A stretch of DNA of 63,508 bases, the filler included, from Sanchytrium tribonematis (Eukaryota): assembly GCA_018985235.1 (NCBI GenBank). It is 25 parts of 25 records of this genome, joined end to end, with 100 filler letters (N's around TTAATTAATTAA, not from the genome) between each part and the next. Parts side by side here need not be neighbours in the genome. Positions count along the whole stretch, not along the records: positions 1 to 16,603 come from JADGIG010000133.1; 24 more parts are not named here. One strand, 5' to 3'. Made by a program: the position numbers and the translations under genes. A model generated the notes under the pieces. The model saw only the letters and a list, made by a program, of their open reading frames with translations, searched no databases and was not told where the DNA came from. Shown here piece by piece: positions 1 to 9,371 of this stretch; the stretch's first letter is position 1; each line of letters begins with the position of its first letter.

Positions 1-1503
1 AAACCAGAATATATCCCATCCGGAGTCGTCAAACTCATATTAAGAGTTAATTCATTTTCAGGTAATATCCCTCAATTTCCACCTACTTTAAGCTATTTAG
101 ATTTATCTAATAACCAATTTAGTGGTCCATTACCAGTATTTTCAAAATTAAGTACATTATATGTGTCTTATAATCAATTAAATGGCCCCATTCAATTTTC
201 CACAAACATGATCAATTTCATTGGCAGAAATAACAATTTTAATGGTTCTATTCCTACTATTCCAGATAGTATGGTTACATTACAAATACAAAACAATGCA
301 TTTACTGGAAATATCCCAAATATTGGTCAAAAACAGACTACTTTTAATGTCGCCTATAATTTATTAACTGGCACTGTTCCAGTCCTTCCATCCACTCTAA
401 CCATATTCAATGTGGCTCGCAATCAATTAACAGGCACTATAGATGCATCTAATATCATTAAACCCATTGTATTATTTATTGCAAATAATTTAATCACAAA
501 ATTCATTTTTCCAACTTCCATCAAATTCACTGTTTGTGATTTATCTAGTAATCCACTTGATTATATCGCATCTCTAAGCAATCAATGTAATATGATTCGT
601 TTAAATTCACTAGATTGCCCATTAATCATCAAATTTGCAAATTCATTGAATATGCCAAGTAATTTTATGGGTATTTTAAATGGTAATTGTTGTTCAGATA
701 CTGGTTTAACATGTTCAGGTGGTCTTGTTAATAGTGTGACATCTATTAATTGGAATAAAAGACAATTAAATGGCCAAATAGATGCCAGTTTGATACCAAA
801 CACTGTCACATCCTTGAATCTCAAAAATAATCACTTGAATGGCCCATTAAATTTACCAAATACCATAAGAAATGTCATTATGAGTAATAATTCATTCTCT
901 GGTGACTTTATAGTGGATAATCAAGTGCAATTATTCATAGATTCTAATAAATTCACCAAATTAGTGATTTTAAACACTATTTTGACAGTTGGTTGTAATA
1001 TTAGCAATAATCCATTGGATTATACTTTATTTAGTACATTTAGCCTATTCTGTGGTCAAACTACAATGATTCCTGATCCACCCATCCCTACACGCATTTA
1101 TTATCATACAAAACCAATTAATGAATTAACGAGCAATGATTTTGTATATTCTGATGTATATACACTAGAAATAACAAGTGCATTATCTACAACTACTAAA
1201 ATACCCTCTAGTATTCCAAATATCCCAGATATGCCATTTTCACTAGCTTCCTTTTTTACCAATTATTTGGTGTGGATTCTAGTAGGAGTCGTCTTTTCTA
1301 CATGTATTATAGTCGTATTAATGGGTAAATATTGGAAAGGACCTCAAATCATCACAAAATTCACTCGAAAACACTCTTTTGGATCCCTAGTCACCTTTTC
1401 AAAGAAATCTAAAATGAAACAAGATGATGATGATGAATATGGCATTAAATCACCAGAACCAATATCATCTCCAACACGTAGAACGTTTAAAGTACTTGAA
1501 TAA
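1..1503 (+). CDS. LRR receptor-like membrane protein (5'-partial)
   Basis: Frame 1 is open from base 1. Plant-type LRRs (LxLxxNxFSGxIP), an internal Cys cap (DCP...LNM...NCCSDTGLTC...INW), an S/T-rich stalk, a TM helix (YLVWILVGVVFSTCIIVVLM) and a basic tail. Confidence 0.8.
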   Translation, partial: KPEYIPSGVVKLILRVNSFSGNIPQFPPTLSYLDLSNNQFSGPLPVFSKLSTLYVSYNQLNGPIQFSTNMINFIGRNNNFNGSIPTIPDSMVTLQIQNNAFTGNIPNIGQKQTTFNVAYNLLTGTVPVLPSTLTIFNVARNQLTGTIDASNIIKPIVLFIANNLITKFIFPTSIKFTVCDLSSNPLDYIASLSNQCNMIRLNSLDCPLIIKFANSLNMPSNFMGILNGNCCSDTGLTCSGGLVNSVTSINWNKRQLNGQIDASLIPNTVTSLNLKNNHLNGPLNLPNTIRNVIMSNNSFSGDFIVDNQVQLFIDSNKFTKLVILNTILTVGCNISNNPLDYTLFSTFSLFCGQTTMIPDPPIPTRIYYHTKPINELTSNDFVYSDVYTLEITSALSTTTKIPSSIPNIPDMPFSLASFFTNYLVWILVGVVFSTCIIVVLMGKYWKGPQIITKFTRKHSFGSLVTFSKKSKMKQDDDDEYGIKSPEPISSPTRRTFKVLE

Positions 1504-1560
1504 ATTTATTTGTTTAATGCGCAATATCATTGATTTGGAGAAAATACAACTCGGACTGAA

Positions 1561-1665
1561 TCAGGATATTTTCTGACGCTTTCTACTTCGAGCAAAATAT
1601 TTTCCAGTAATAAATGGATGTTTTAATCCGTCTTTTGCAGTCATTCTATCATTTGGATCACATTG
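1561..1665 (-). pseudogene. Orphan 3' end of a protein kinase gene (subdomain XI)
   Basis: Minus strand reads QCDPNDRMTAKDGLKHPFITGKYFARSRKRQKIS*. The frame closes about 9 codons upstream, so the kinase body is absent. Confidence 0.6.
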
Positions 1666-2142
1666 AATGAATCTAATTTGATGGGTTGTAGTTTAGGCAA
1701 TAATTTGATTCAAATGAATCCAAATCCAATTTGTAGCATGTATGGCAATAAAATACCAAATCCATCTGATTTTCAATGTAAAGTGGATGTGATTAAACCA
1801 AAAACGACAATACCAACTACCTCTGTTACTGTAGCAGCACCCATCACTAGAAATGTGCGATTATCCACTAAATACGCCACATCTACAAATTACTCAGAAA
1901 TGAGCCAATTTTCTATTTTATTCAATTCTACTAAATATCAGAGTACCACATTAATCAGTGTATTCTCTGGATACTTTGATCACTCCCAATCCATCTTTAA
2001 TCTTGGATTTATGGCATTAATTAGATTTGGCATTTCTACTTTAATTCTTGGATGGATTAGCAGATCTGCTTATGATAAAATTAAATTGAAATTGAGTAGA
2101 AGAACTACTTTAAGTAGCAATCAAAGTGATTTTACAAGTTAA
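1663..2142 (+). pseudogene. Orphan 3' portion of an LRR receptor-like gene
   Basis: C-cap-like CSLGNN, S/T stalk and TM (FMALIRFGISTLILGWI) as in the other LRR genes. No signal peptide and no LRR array upstream. Confidence 0.55.
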
Positions 2143-2236
2143 TAAAGGGTGTAAAAATAATTCTTAATCATTTACTAACTTTTTTGAGGTCCAGTGAGAT
2201 TTTTAACAACACCAACCAATTCTTTTGTCAAATCTA

Positions 2237-4696
2237 TCACGCCACTGGCAAGATGAATAGGACCCACAACCGTAGCATTTCAATTTTATTTTGCTGATTC
2301 ACAGAATCTTGAATTTCTGCTTGTACTTGCTGTCTTTCTTTTTGAATCAATAATTTTTCAGTTTCACATGCCAATTCTTCCCTCTTTAATAGTTCTTCTT
2401 CTCGTTTTCGTAATCCTTCTTCTCTTTTCTTTTCATATTCAATTTTCTGTGCTTTTTCAATGGACTGCTGTTTTAATTTGGATAGTCCAATTTCACCATC
2501 ACCATCTAATTTCATTTGTGCATCATTCAATTCGTGAAATGCTTTTGCGATTTCAACCACTGATCTAACTGGATGTTTATGGCTATATTGTTCTTTCAAC
2601 AACTCTTTAAACACGATTTCACGGGATTCTAATGGATGATACACCATCTCCACATGCACAATTCCACCAGATTTCTGTACAATTTGTCCAAATTTAAATT
2701 TCTTCATCATTTCCACATCATGTTTCGTCCACTCCACTTGATTGTACTCCTCGTTACATCGTGTGCGCACAAATATGACATGTTTTTCATATCCCTGTTC
2801 CATCAAGACATGGGATAGTAAATAATCAATATCCGTCAAAGTATTGCTATCTGCTCTAGATCCAATCACAATCAAAATCGCATTGACGCCATTTGCCATT
2901 TGTGCTGCTTTGGCAACCATGGATGCAATATCAACTGGTGTTTTACCTGTATTATCACCAAATCCAGGTGTATCATAAAGATCAAATTCTTGTAGTTTGT
3001 CATTAATCTCAATTTTAAACGAGACTGGTTTTATTGTTTTTGTGACGGATACCAATCCTGCATTCTCCTCACACACTTTTTGACCCACTAGTTTATTAAT
3101 CAAAGTGCTTTTACCAGATCCAGTGGTCCCAATTACAATGACACTTCTTTTTTGATTGTTAAAATCAAGTGGTTTTACTTGACTTTGTTTGGTTAATAAA
3201 TCTCCTAAATCTTCAAAATAGGGATGGTTAATAGTAATAGATTTAGACAATGCAGTCACATCTTCTTTACTTAATTGTGCCATGCTCAACAAATGTTTTA
3301 CAATTGGTTTCTCTTCTTGCAATAAAGGGGCAATGGTGTCTCTACTAATTTGATACTCTTTTTCAACAAGCAATTGAATCAACTGTAATTGTAAATTTCG
3401 TTCATTCAATTTCAATACGAAATGCATTGCATCAAAATCTTTTGTTTTTAATTGAATATTTGGATATTGCAATAAATGTTTCACTAAAATGAGAGATTTC
3501 ATTTCAATGGCCATGGATAATACAGTTTGTCCTTTTTTATTAATATGATTGATACAATTGCATTTTGTAATCAATAAATCCAATAATTGAATGTCAAATG
3601 GATGTATTTTCAATAAATACTCCATTGCTACAGAATTATTATCATCGTCAATTTGCACATTTTTATAAACATCAATTAATACACTTGCCACATCAAAGCT
3701 ATTGACGATAATGGAATATAATAATGGCGAGATGGATTTACCATCATATACCATTTTTAAATTTGATACTTTATCATCACTTGCATAAAATAATTGCACT
3801 GTTCCAATTTTATTTCTATCAATCAGATCCTTTAATTTGGATGTGTATGGAGATTGTTGAAGCAAGGTTTTAATTTCCTTGTTTTCAGTCAGATCATATG
3901 GAGTTTTCCCATTTTTATTTTTGCAATGGACATCAGCACCACGATCTAATAGTAATTTCACCACACTAGTACCTTCATGATAAGATGCAAAGTGTAAAGG
4001 TGTTTGTCCAACTGAATTTTTGCAATTTATATCAGCACCACGATCCAACAATAGTTTCGCAATTTCAACATAACCATATCTGCTAGCTGAGTGTAATGGT
4101 GTTAAATCATTCACTTCAAAGTTGACATCGGCACCTCGATCAAGTAATAATTGTGCTACTTCCACTTGTCCATATCTGCTTGCGAGGCATAGGAGTCCCT
4201 GAAGGTCAAATTTAGCATCACTATTCAAAAACAATCGTAATAATTCTACTTGGCCAACCTGGCATACTGTCATTAATGGAGTGCGGCCATCATTATTTTT
4301 GATATTTATGTCAGCACCACCTTCAAGCATCAATTTAACCATCAATTTAACAACAGATACGTGTCCTCTCACACATGCAGTATGTAATGGGGTACATCCC
4401 TCATTATTTTTAACATTTATTTCAGCACCTTTGTCGAGTAGTAATTTTGTAGTTTCCACATACCCGTTTGTGCAAGACAAGTGCAATGGCGTCCATTCCG
4501 AGTTTGTCTTGCAATTTACATTCACACCACGCTCCAGCAACAACCGCACGACTTTAATATGTCCGCCTCGACTTGTGTAATGTAAAGCTGTAAATCCACT
4601 GCTATCCTTACAATGAATGTCTGCACCATTTTTGATTAATATCACAATACTGTCAATGTCAAAAGGGTCCTTTTTAAATTCATCCAAGAGACTCAT
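2237..4696 (-). CDS. Ankyrin-repeat protein fused to an AIG1/GIMAP-like P-loop GTPase and coiled coil
   Basis: Repeated TPLH...LLLxxGADIN ankyrin units, G1 GTTGSGKST, G2 SVT, G3 DTPG, G4-like VRTRC and an E/K/Q-rich C-terminus. Confidence 0.85.
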   Translation of the reverse strand: MSLLDEFKKDPFDIDSIVILIKNGADIHCKDSSGFTALHYTSRGGHIKVVRLLLERGVNVNCKTNSEWTPLHLSCTNGYVETTKLLLDKGAEINVKNNEGCTPLHTACVRGHVSVVKLMVKLMLEGGADINIKNNDGRTPLMTVCQVGQVELLRLFLNSDAKFDLQGLLCLASRYGQVEVAQLLLDRGADVNFEVNDLTPLHSASRYGYVEIAKLLLDRGADINCKNSVGQTPLHFASYHEGTSVVKLLLDRGADVHCKNKNGKTPYDLTENKEIKTLLQQSPYTSKLKDLIDRNKIGTVQLFYASDDKVSNLKMVYDGKSISPLLYSIIVNSFDVASVLIDVYKNVQIDDDNNSVAMEYLLKIHPFDIQLLDLLITKCNCINHINKKGQTVLSMAIEMKSLILVKHLLQYPNIQLKTKDFDAMHFVLKLNERNLQLQLIQLLVEKEYQISRDTIAPLLQEEKPIVKHLLSMAQLSKEDVTALSKSITINHPYFEDLGDLLTKQSQVKPLDFNNQKRSVIVIGTTGSGKSTLINKLVGQKVCEENAGLVSVTKTIKPVSFKIEINDKLQEFDLYDTPGFGDNTGKTPVDIASMVAKAAQMANGVNAILIVIGSRADSNTLTDIDYLLSHVLMEQGYEKHVIFVRTRCNEEYNQVEWTKHDVEMMKKFKFGQIVQKSGGIVHVEMVYHPLESREIVFKELLKEQYSHKHPVRSVVEIAKAFHELNDAQMKLDGDGEIGLSKLKQQSIEKAQKIEYEKKREEGLRKREEELLKREELACETEKLLIQKERQQVQAEIQDSVNQQNKIEMLRLWVLFILPVA

Positions 4697-5018
4697 TTTA
4701 ATGAAATGGGGAAACGCGTTTCTTTATAACATGAGATGGCTTTTCTGACCAATGAAATTAGTTGATATTGAACCAATTAGAATTGGAGTTGTGTATCACA
4801 TGAGAGAAAGTGAAACTCTTCCAAATCAAATATTCTGTAAATGATATACCTGATCAAGATATAATGTATATTGTAAGATGCCTTTGCCCAATCGATGGCA
4901 AACATTATTATAGTTTAGAAATGATTACAGGTACTCTTATATATTCCCTTTTGATCAAGGTGGTTTATTTAAGGGATTAACAAAAAAGTTTAGTAAAATA
5001 ATAACATTAATATTTAAA

Positions 5019-5591
5019 ATGGATAAAAACAAAGAAATAGTATTCAGATCTAAATTAAAATTAAATGGTGATATTAAAGCGCACACTCTTCCTAAAACAA
5101 GAAGTTTTCAATCTAAAATAGTTCCAGATTTTGTCACAATGTCTTTAGAGCAATTACAAGGTTACTGCACTTCAAATAATCAATTAACAACACTCCCAAA
5201 ATCACCCGATACATATTTTAAAATAGAATTTTATCTGGGTACACCACATATTATCCATGTGTACTGGATTGATAAAGTATTTCATCTAAAAGTGGATCAG
5301 GAGCAACTGCATTTTTGTTTTAGTGGTCCTGAAACTGCAGCAATTGAGATAATCAATCAAATTCGTGAATTAGTGCAACAATCAACCAATGATTGGAAAC
5401 AACAATCAAGTGAATCAGATTTAAAAATGAAAATTAGAATTCTATCAAATCCTAATCAAAATGAACATGATTTGACTTATAAGATGGGGAATGAAGATAG
5501 CGCAGTAGATGCAATTGCAATGCATTTGTCTATTTATAGCAAAGCATTGAGTTGGAATGAACACAGTCTCAATTCGGCAGAAACTGAATAA
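5019..5591 (+). CDS. Hypothetical protein
   Basis: 190-aa ORF with the stop inside AATAAA. The frame is open upstream to 4914, so a 5' exon is possible. Confidence 0.45.
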   Translation: MDKNKEIVFRSKLKLNGDIKAHTLPKTRSFQSKIVPDFVTMSLEQLQGYCTSNNQLTTLPKSPDTYFKIEFYLGTPHIIHVYWIDKVFHLKVDQEQLHFCFSGPETAAIEIINQIRELVQQSTNDWKQQSSESDLKMKIRILSNPNQNEHDLTYKMGNEDSAVDAIAMHLSIYSKALSWNEHSLNSAETE

Positions 5592-5666
5592 ATGTCATTT
5601 CATTTGTCAAATTCACTCTAATTTACTGCAAATCACTTGCATACCTGCAATTTAACAATGATTGGG

Positions 5667-5755
5667 TTAATTAAATTGTTCCTCTTCTCTTTTTCGTAAT
5701 CCCTCTTCTCTTTTCTTTTCATATTCAATTTTTTGTGCTTTTTCAATGGACTGCT
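5667..5755 (-). repeat. Truncated 3' end of a paralog of the ankyrin-GTPase gene
   Basis: 5679-5755 matches 2393-2469 at 73/77 nt and all four differences are synonymous. It reads QSIEKAQKIEYEKKREEGLRKREEEQFN*. Confidence 0.8.
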
Positions 5756-7002
5756 CAACTCTTTGTATTAGTCATATTTTCAGTAAATAAAGTATTCGAG
5801 TTATCTCCTTTGTACTCAGTGCTTTGATCTGCAGTGTATTCTGTATTTTCATCATTTGTGTAAATTGATCCGTACTTATCATCCTCTGTGTACATTGTGT
5901 CGTATTTTGAGTTCTCATTTTCATCAATTACCTCCACATACTGATCATCCTCCGTGTACATTGTGTCAAATATTTGCTTTTGATTTTTTGGCGCCCTATT
6001 GTCATTAGAATTGACTTCAGTAAAGATAGTTTTGTCAGCTGTAGGATATGAAGTGGAAACAGTGTACTGAGATTCAACTAAATCACTTTCTCGACCATCG
6101 TATTCGCTCCACTCAGATTCTCTAGGAGCAGTGTTGATAGTGCGCAAGGTGCCAGTTGTCTTAGAATAGTCAGTATACATTGTAAGATCTTCTTTCTTGT
6201 CTGTGAAATCAGTGTAAATGGTGTTCGAGACATCTGAAGCCTGATTGTTGGTCCAACCGGATGACTCGCTTGCAATGGTTTCCCTGATATTTCTTCCAAG
6301 AGTTTGTGGTTTCTCAAGATCTTGACCAGTTCTTCTAGAATTTCTTGCCCTTCTGATCATGGCTAAAAGCATAAGCAATGCGAAAGCTCCACCCACTGTA
6401 CCCAATATTATGTATAACGTATTACTGCTAGACCCAGGAGAGTTCTGATTGAGATCTATAACATTACTAGTCTCCAAAAAAGGAGAAGGAGACTGGGATG
6501 GAGCACTAACAAGCTCGTCTGAAGTTGTAATCGATTGCGTTTCTGCAGATTCTACAATTTGCTTAGACGAATTAATATCTTGCAAAATTCTTATCACTAA
6601 ACCTGAAGAGGGATCAGGTATTAGCATTTTCGAGAGAGTAGAAGAATCTTGTCCTTTTTGCAGGTTAGGATTAGAAGCAACGAACCTGAATAATGTCTTG
6701 TATTCATTGTTTGAACTATCAAAACTTGAGCGAGGTAACCTTGCGTCGTACCACTTGCTTTCGCTAACAAATATAGAAAATGGCTTCCATAATTTGATAA
6801 TTTTCGTATTGGGATCTATGAAATGAGCGCTAAGTGCAAATGCTTGAGCATCAGTTGGGATTTGATCTGCTGGTAAAACAACAGCATATTCAACTCCAAA
6901 TTGTTTTGCATCATAATCAATATATTGTATTTTATAAAACAAAGACGATCCTTTGAGTTTGTCTGTAGGAGCTTGCGCAAATAAAAGAGCGAAAAAAAGC
7001 AT
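5755..7002 (-). CDS. Single-pass type I membrane protein with acidic Tyr/Thr-repeat tail
   Basis: ATG at 7002 gives a signal-like MLFFALLFAQA. TM is LYIILGTVGGAFALLMLLAMI followed by RRAR. The tail has repeated T(M/I)(Y/F)T(D/E). Confidence 0.65.
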   Translation of the reverse strand: MLFFALLFAQAPTDKLKGSSLFYKIQYIDYDAKQFGVEYAVVLPADQIPTDAQAFALSAHFIDPNTKIIKLWKPFSIFVSESKWYDARLPRSSFDSSNNEYKTLFRFVASNPNLQKGQDSSTLSKMLIPDPSSGLVIRILQDINSSKQIVESAETQSITTSDELVSAPSQSPSPFLETSNVIDLNQNSPGSSSNTLYIILGTVGGAFALLMLLAMIRRARNSRRTGQDLEKPQTLGRNIRETIASESSGWTNNQASDVSNTIYTDFTDKKEDLTMYTDYSKTTGTLRTINTAPRESEWSEYDGRESDLVESQYTVSTSYPTADKTIFTEVNSNDNRAPKNQKQIFDTMYTEDDQYVEVIDENENSKYDTMYTEDDKYGSIYTNDENTEYTADQSTEYKGDNSNTLFTENMTNTKS

Positions 7003-7130
7003 TAAACCTGTCAACAGAGAAAGTATAACTTCTTTTAATAATTTCAATTCCTGATACACCAATCAAAGTCGCCCAATCATCCTGAATTTAGAATCTGCCC
7101 ACAGACAAGAAAAATGACAGAGAGACAGGT

Positions 7131-7760
7131 CTAGATCAGTGGGAGCCAGATCCTTGTTTTGCTTGCATAATCCTCATAATCTTTACCAAAAAATTTGTTC
7201 AAGTATTGTTCTTCAGTTTCTATTCGAGCTTTAAAGAATTGGTTTAACATAATCAAAAATAAAATACTTGTAATATAATTACATAATAATAGTTGAGTGC
7301 CCATTGTCCACAAATAAAACCCAAGATAAGAAGGATGTCTTGATATTTGAAAGGCACCGGTTGTTACAAGAGTGTGATCCGCTGCTCTTGCCTTTTGAAT
7401 CTGATGGTTGAATGAAGCTTTCGCAGAATACATGGCCCAGGTTCTCATAAATTGACCCAAAACTATCACTATGATTCCAAGAATTGAAATTCTATCAGAT
7501 TTCTCAATCATTTCTAATTCTAGATAATATTCAAGAAGACTTGCAAAAACCATCCATGAATGTTCTTCGGAGTGCGGTATTAAAAAACTTTCACTGGATG
7601 CTTTTTCCTTGTTGAATAATGAAGTCGCAAAGAATTCTAAAAAATGAAAGACAGACATAACCTTCAAATACATATTTAGCCTCCAGCTAAAGTACCCCGA
7701 ATAGCTAAATACAAGTCCTAAAAATGCAGAATACATACTAATCCATGATTTGTCGTTCAT
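7131..7760 (-). CDS. STE14: Isoprenylcysteine carboxyl methyltransferase
   Basis: FHFLEF, FNHQIQ...HTLVTTG, RHPSYLGFYLW and RIETEEQYL..FFG motifs. Confidence 0.92.
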   Translation of the reverse strand: MNDKSWISMYSAFLGLVFSYSGYFSWRLNMYLKVMSVFHFLEFFATSLFNKEKASSESFLIPHSEEHSWMVFASLLEYYLELEMIEKSDRISILGIIVIVLGQFMRTWAMYSAKASFNHQIQKARAADHTLVTTGAFQISRHPSYLGFYLWTMGTQLLLCNYITSILFLIMLNQFFKARIETEEQYLNKFFGKDYEDYASKTRIWLPLI

Positions 7761-7792
7761 GATCTGTTTTAAAAAAGATTAATGAAATTTAA

Positions 7793-8893
7793 TTATTTAC
7801 TTATTGAAACTTTCATAGAAGAATTGTCGGAAAGAGTGCTCAGATTTTCAGGCAATGTTTCTTTTTCCAAAGTTACTTGATCAACATTCGTTTGTTGATT
7901 AACAGTCATGTCATGCTCTGACGTTTCATTTGAAGGTTCCGCACTTTGCGCAGGAACAATTACATCGGCATTATCTGTTGTACCATCAGCAGCTGTGGGG
8001 TTTGGTAAGGGCATGGCAGTTCGAGTGAAAAATAAAACTTGGTCTTCATAGACAAATTTTGGTATATACTTTTCATGTTTTATAGTAAACCGTTGAAATC
8101 CGAATAAAACATAGTAAAATAATGGAAATGCTGAAAAAAAATAATTTAAACCTAAGTAGCAATCACTGCATGTCTCATATGTCACAAATTTTACAAGATA
8201 AGTCACAGATTGAACCAGAAGAGATATTTGAATCAAGATAACGACCCACATTAAACTGTAATTGCTACCCGAGAATATTTTTGCATCTGAGCGCAACTTT
8301 TGGGGCTCTAAATACATAGCAGAAGCGATTGTGATAATTATTATAGGTAGAAAATTGAATATAATATGAATTATAGCCTCTGTGTTTTCCTGGACAACAA
8401 CCAAAGCTATCAATTCTGTTAGATAAACTAAAGTGAGCATAGCGCCAATTGCTTTATGAATTTTGACAATTTTCGTTGTAAAATTATTAGATTTCTCGAA
8501 GACTCCATAATAAAATAGTTCATAATAAGTTGGCATTCCTTTGAAACATAAATAATACTGCCACATCGCAGTACAGACAAAACAAATGACATCCAAAAAG
8601 TCAATATCACTGACATCCCAAATTGGATCTGACCGACTTGAGATTTTTACGATGGAAACTATCAGCCAGCCCGTTAACGGAAATATTAAGTAAATGCTCA
8701 GCATTTTGTAAAAATTAGATTTGTAAGGATTGTCTGTCACGCACATCAGACTCATGAAGCAGACAACACCGAATAAAAATGTTGAGTAAGCGGTATGGTA
8801 CAAACTGACAGAATCTACATGAAGACCAAGCATCCAACTTGTAAATATTGTCATCACGAATGCCATCAGAGGCACAAAAAGAGAATCATTCAT
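7793..8893 (-). CDS. Multi-pass membrane protein of unknown function
   Basis: About 8 hydrophobic segments followed by a polar tail. First in-frame ATG at 8893. Confidence 0.6.
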   Translation of the reverse strand: MNDSLFVPLMAFVMTIFTSWMLGLHVDSVSLYHTAYSTFLFGVVCFMSLMCVTDNPYKSNFYKMLSIYLIFPLTGWLIVSIVKISSRSDPIWDVSDIDFLDVICFVCTAMWQYYLCFKGMPTYYELFYYGVFEKSNNFTTKIVKIHKAIGAMLTLVYLTELIALVVVQENTEAIIHIIFNFLPIIIITIASAMYLEPQKLRSDAKIFSGSNYSLMWVVILIQISLLVQSVTYLVKFVTYETCSDCYLGLNYFFSAFPLFYYVLFGFQRFTIKHEKYIPKFVYEDQVLFFTRTAMPLPNPTAADGTTDNADVIVPAQSAEPSNETSEHDMTVNQQTNVDQVTLEKETLPENLSTLSDNSSMKVSISK

Positions 8894-9371
8894 TATATTA
8901 GCTTGTTTCACCAAACAACGTCTCTTTAAAAAATATTTTGTGAGTTTTAAAATGCTTTTCTTTTCATGGTTAACATTGTTAGTGAGTTAAGATACATTTC
9001 ATTTCTTAAGAAAAGTATTGATGTTGAGTAAGAATATTTGGGCGCTGAAATTAATTATTATATTCGAGAACGGATATTGTGTCAAAAACATGATAATGAA
9101 AAGTAAAGTTGAAAAGCATAAGAGGCTCTTCTTGAAAAATATCCAGTGAAATAATTGGAAAACAAGAAAGGTTTTTGGCTTGAAGCTATAGTGCAACATC
9201 GTTTTTTTGGTCATGTATATTGTACAATATCAATTTAGTAGAGAACTAGTTTATATGAAAAGGCGTGGATGCATTCACTAATGTCGAACTATATAAAAGA
9301 GCCTTGGATGAAATTGAAAAATGTATTGAAAAGTTTAAAAACCTGTTTGGCTTATCAGTTCGTAATGCTTC

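Noticed and set aside
582..824. Many short antisense or alternate-frame ORFs in the ORF track (e.g. 582-824, 4281-4580, 6449-6826, 43319-43678)
   Set aside because: They are shadows of well-supported genes on the other strand or frame and show no motifs of their own.
8953..9370. Stop-interrupted protein-like frame suggesting TAA/TAG reassignment (also at 55032)
   Set aside because: Conserved genes (OTC, NDUFS7, VMA16, MAPK, GH47) end at TAA at the expected positions and have no internal stops. Local decay is the simpler explanation.
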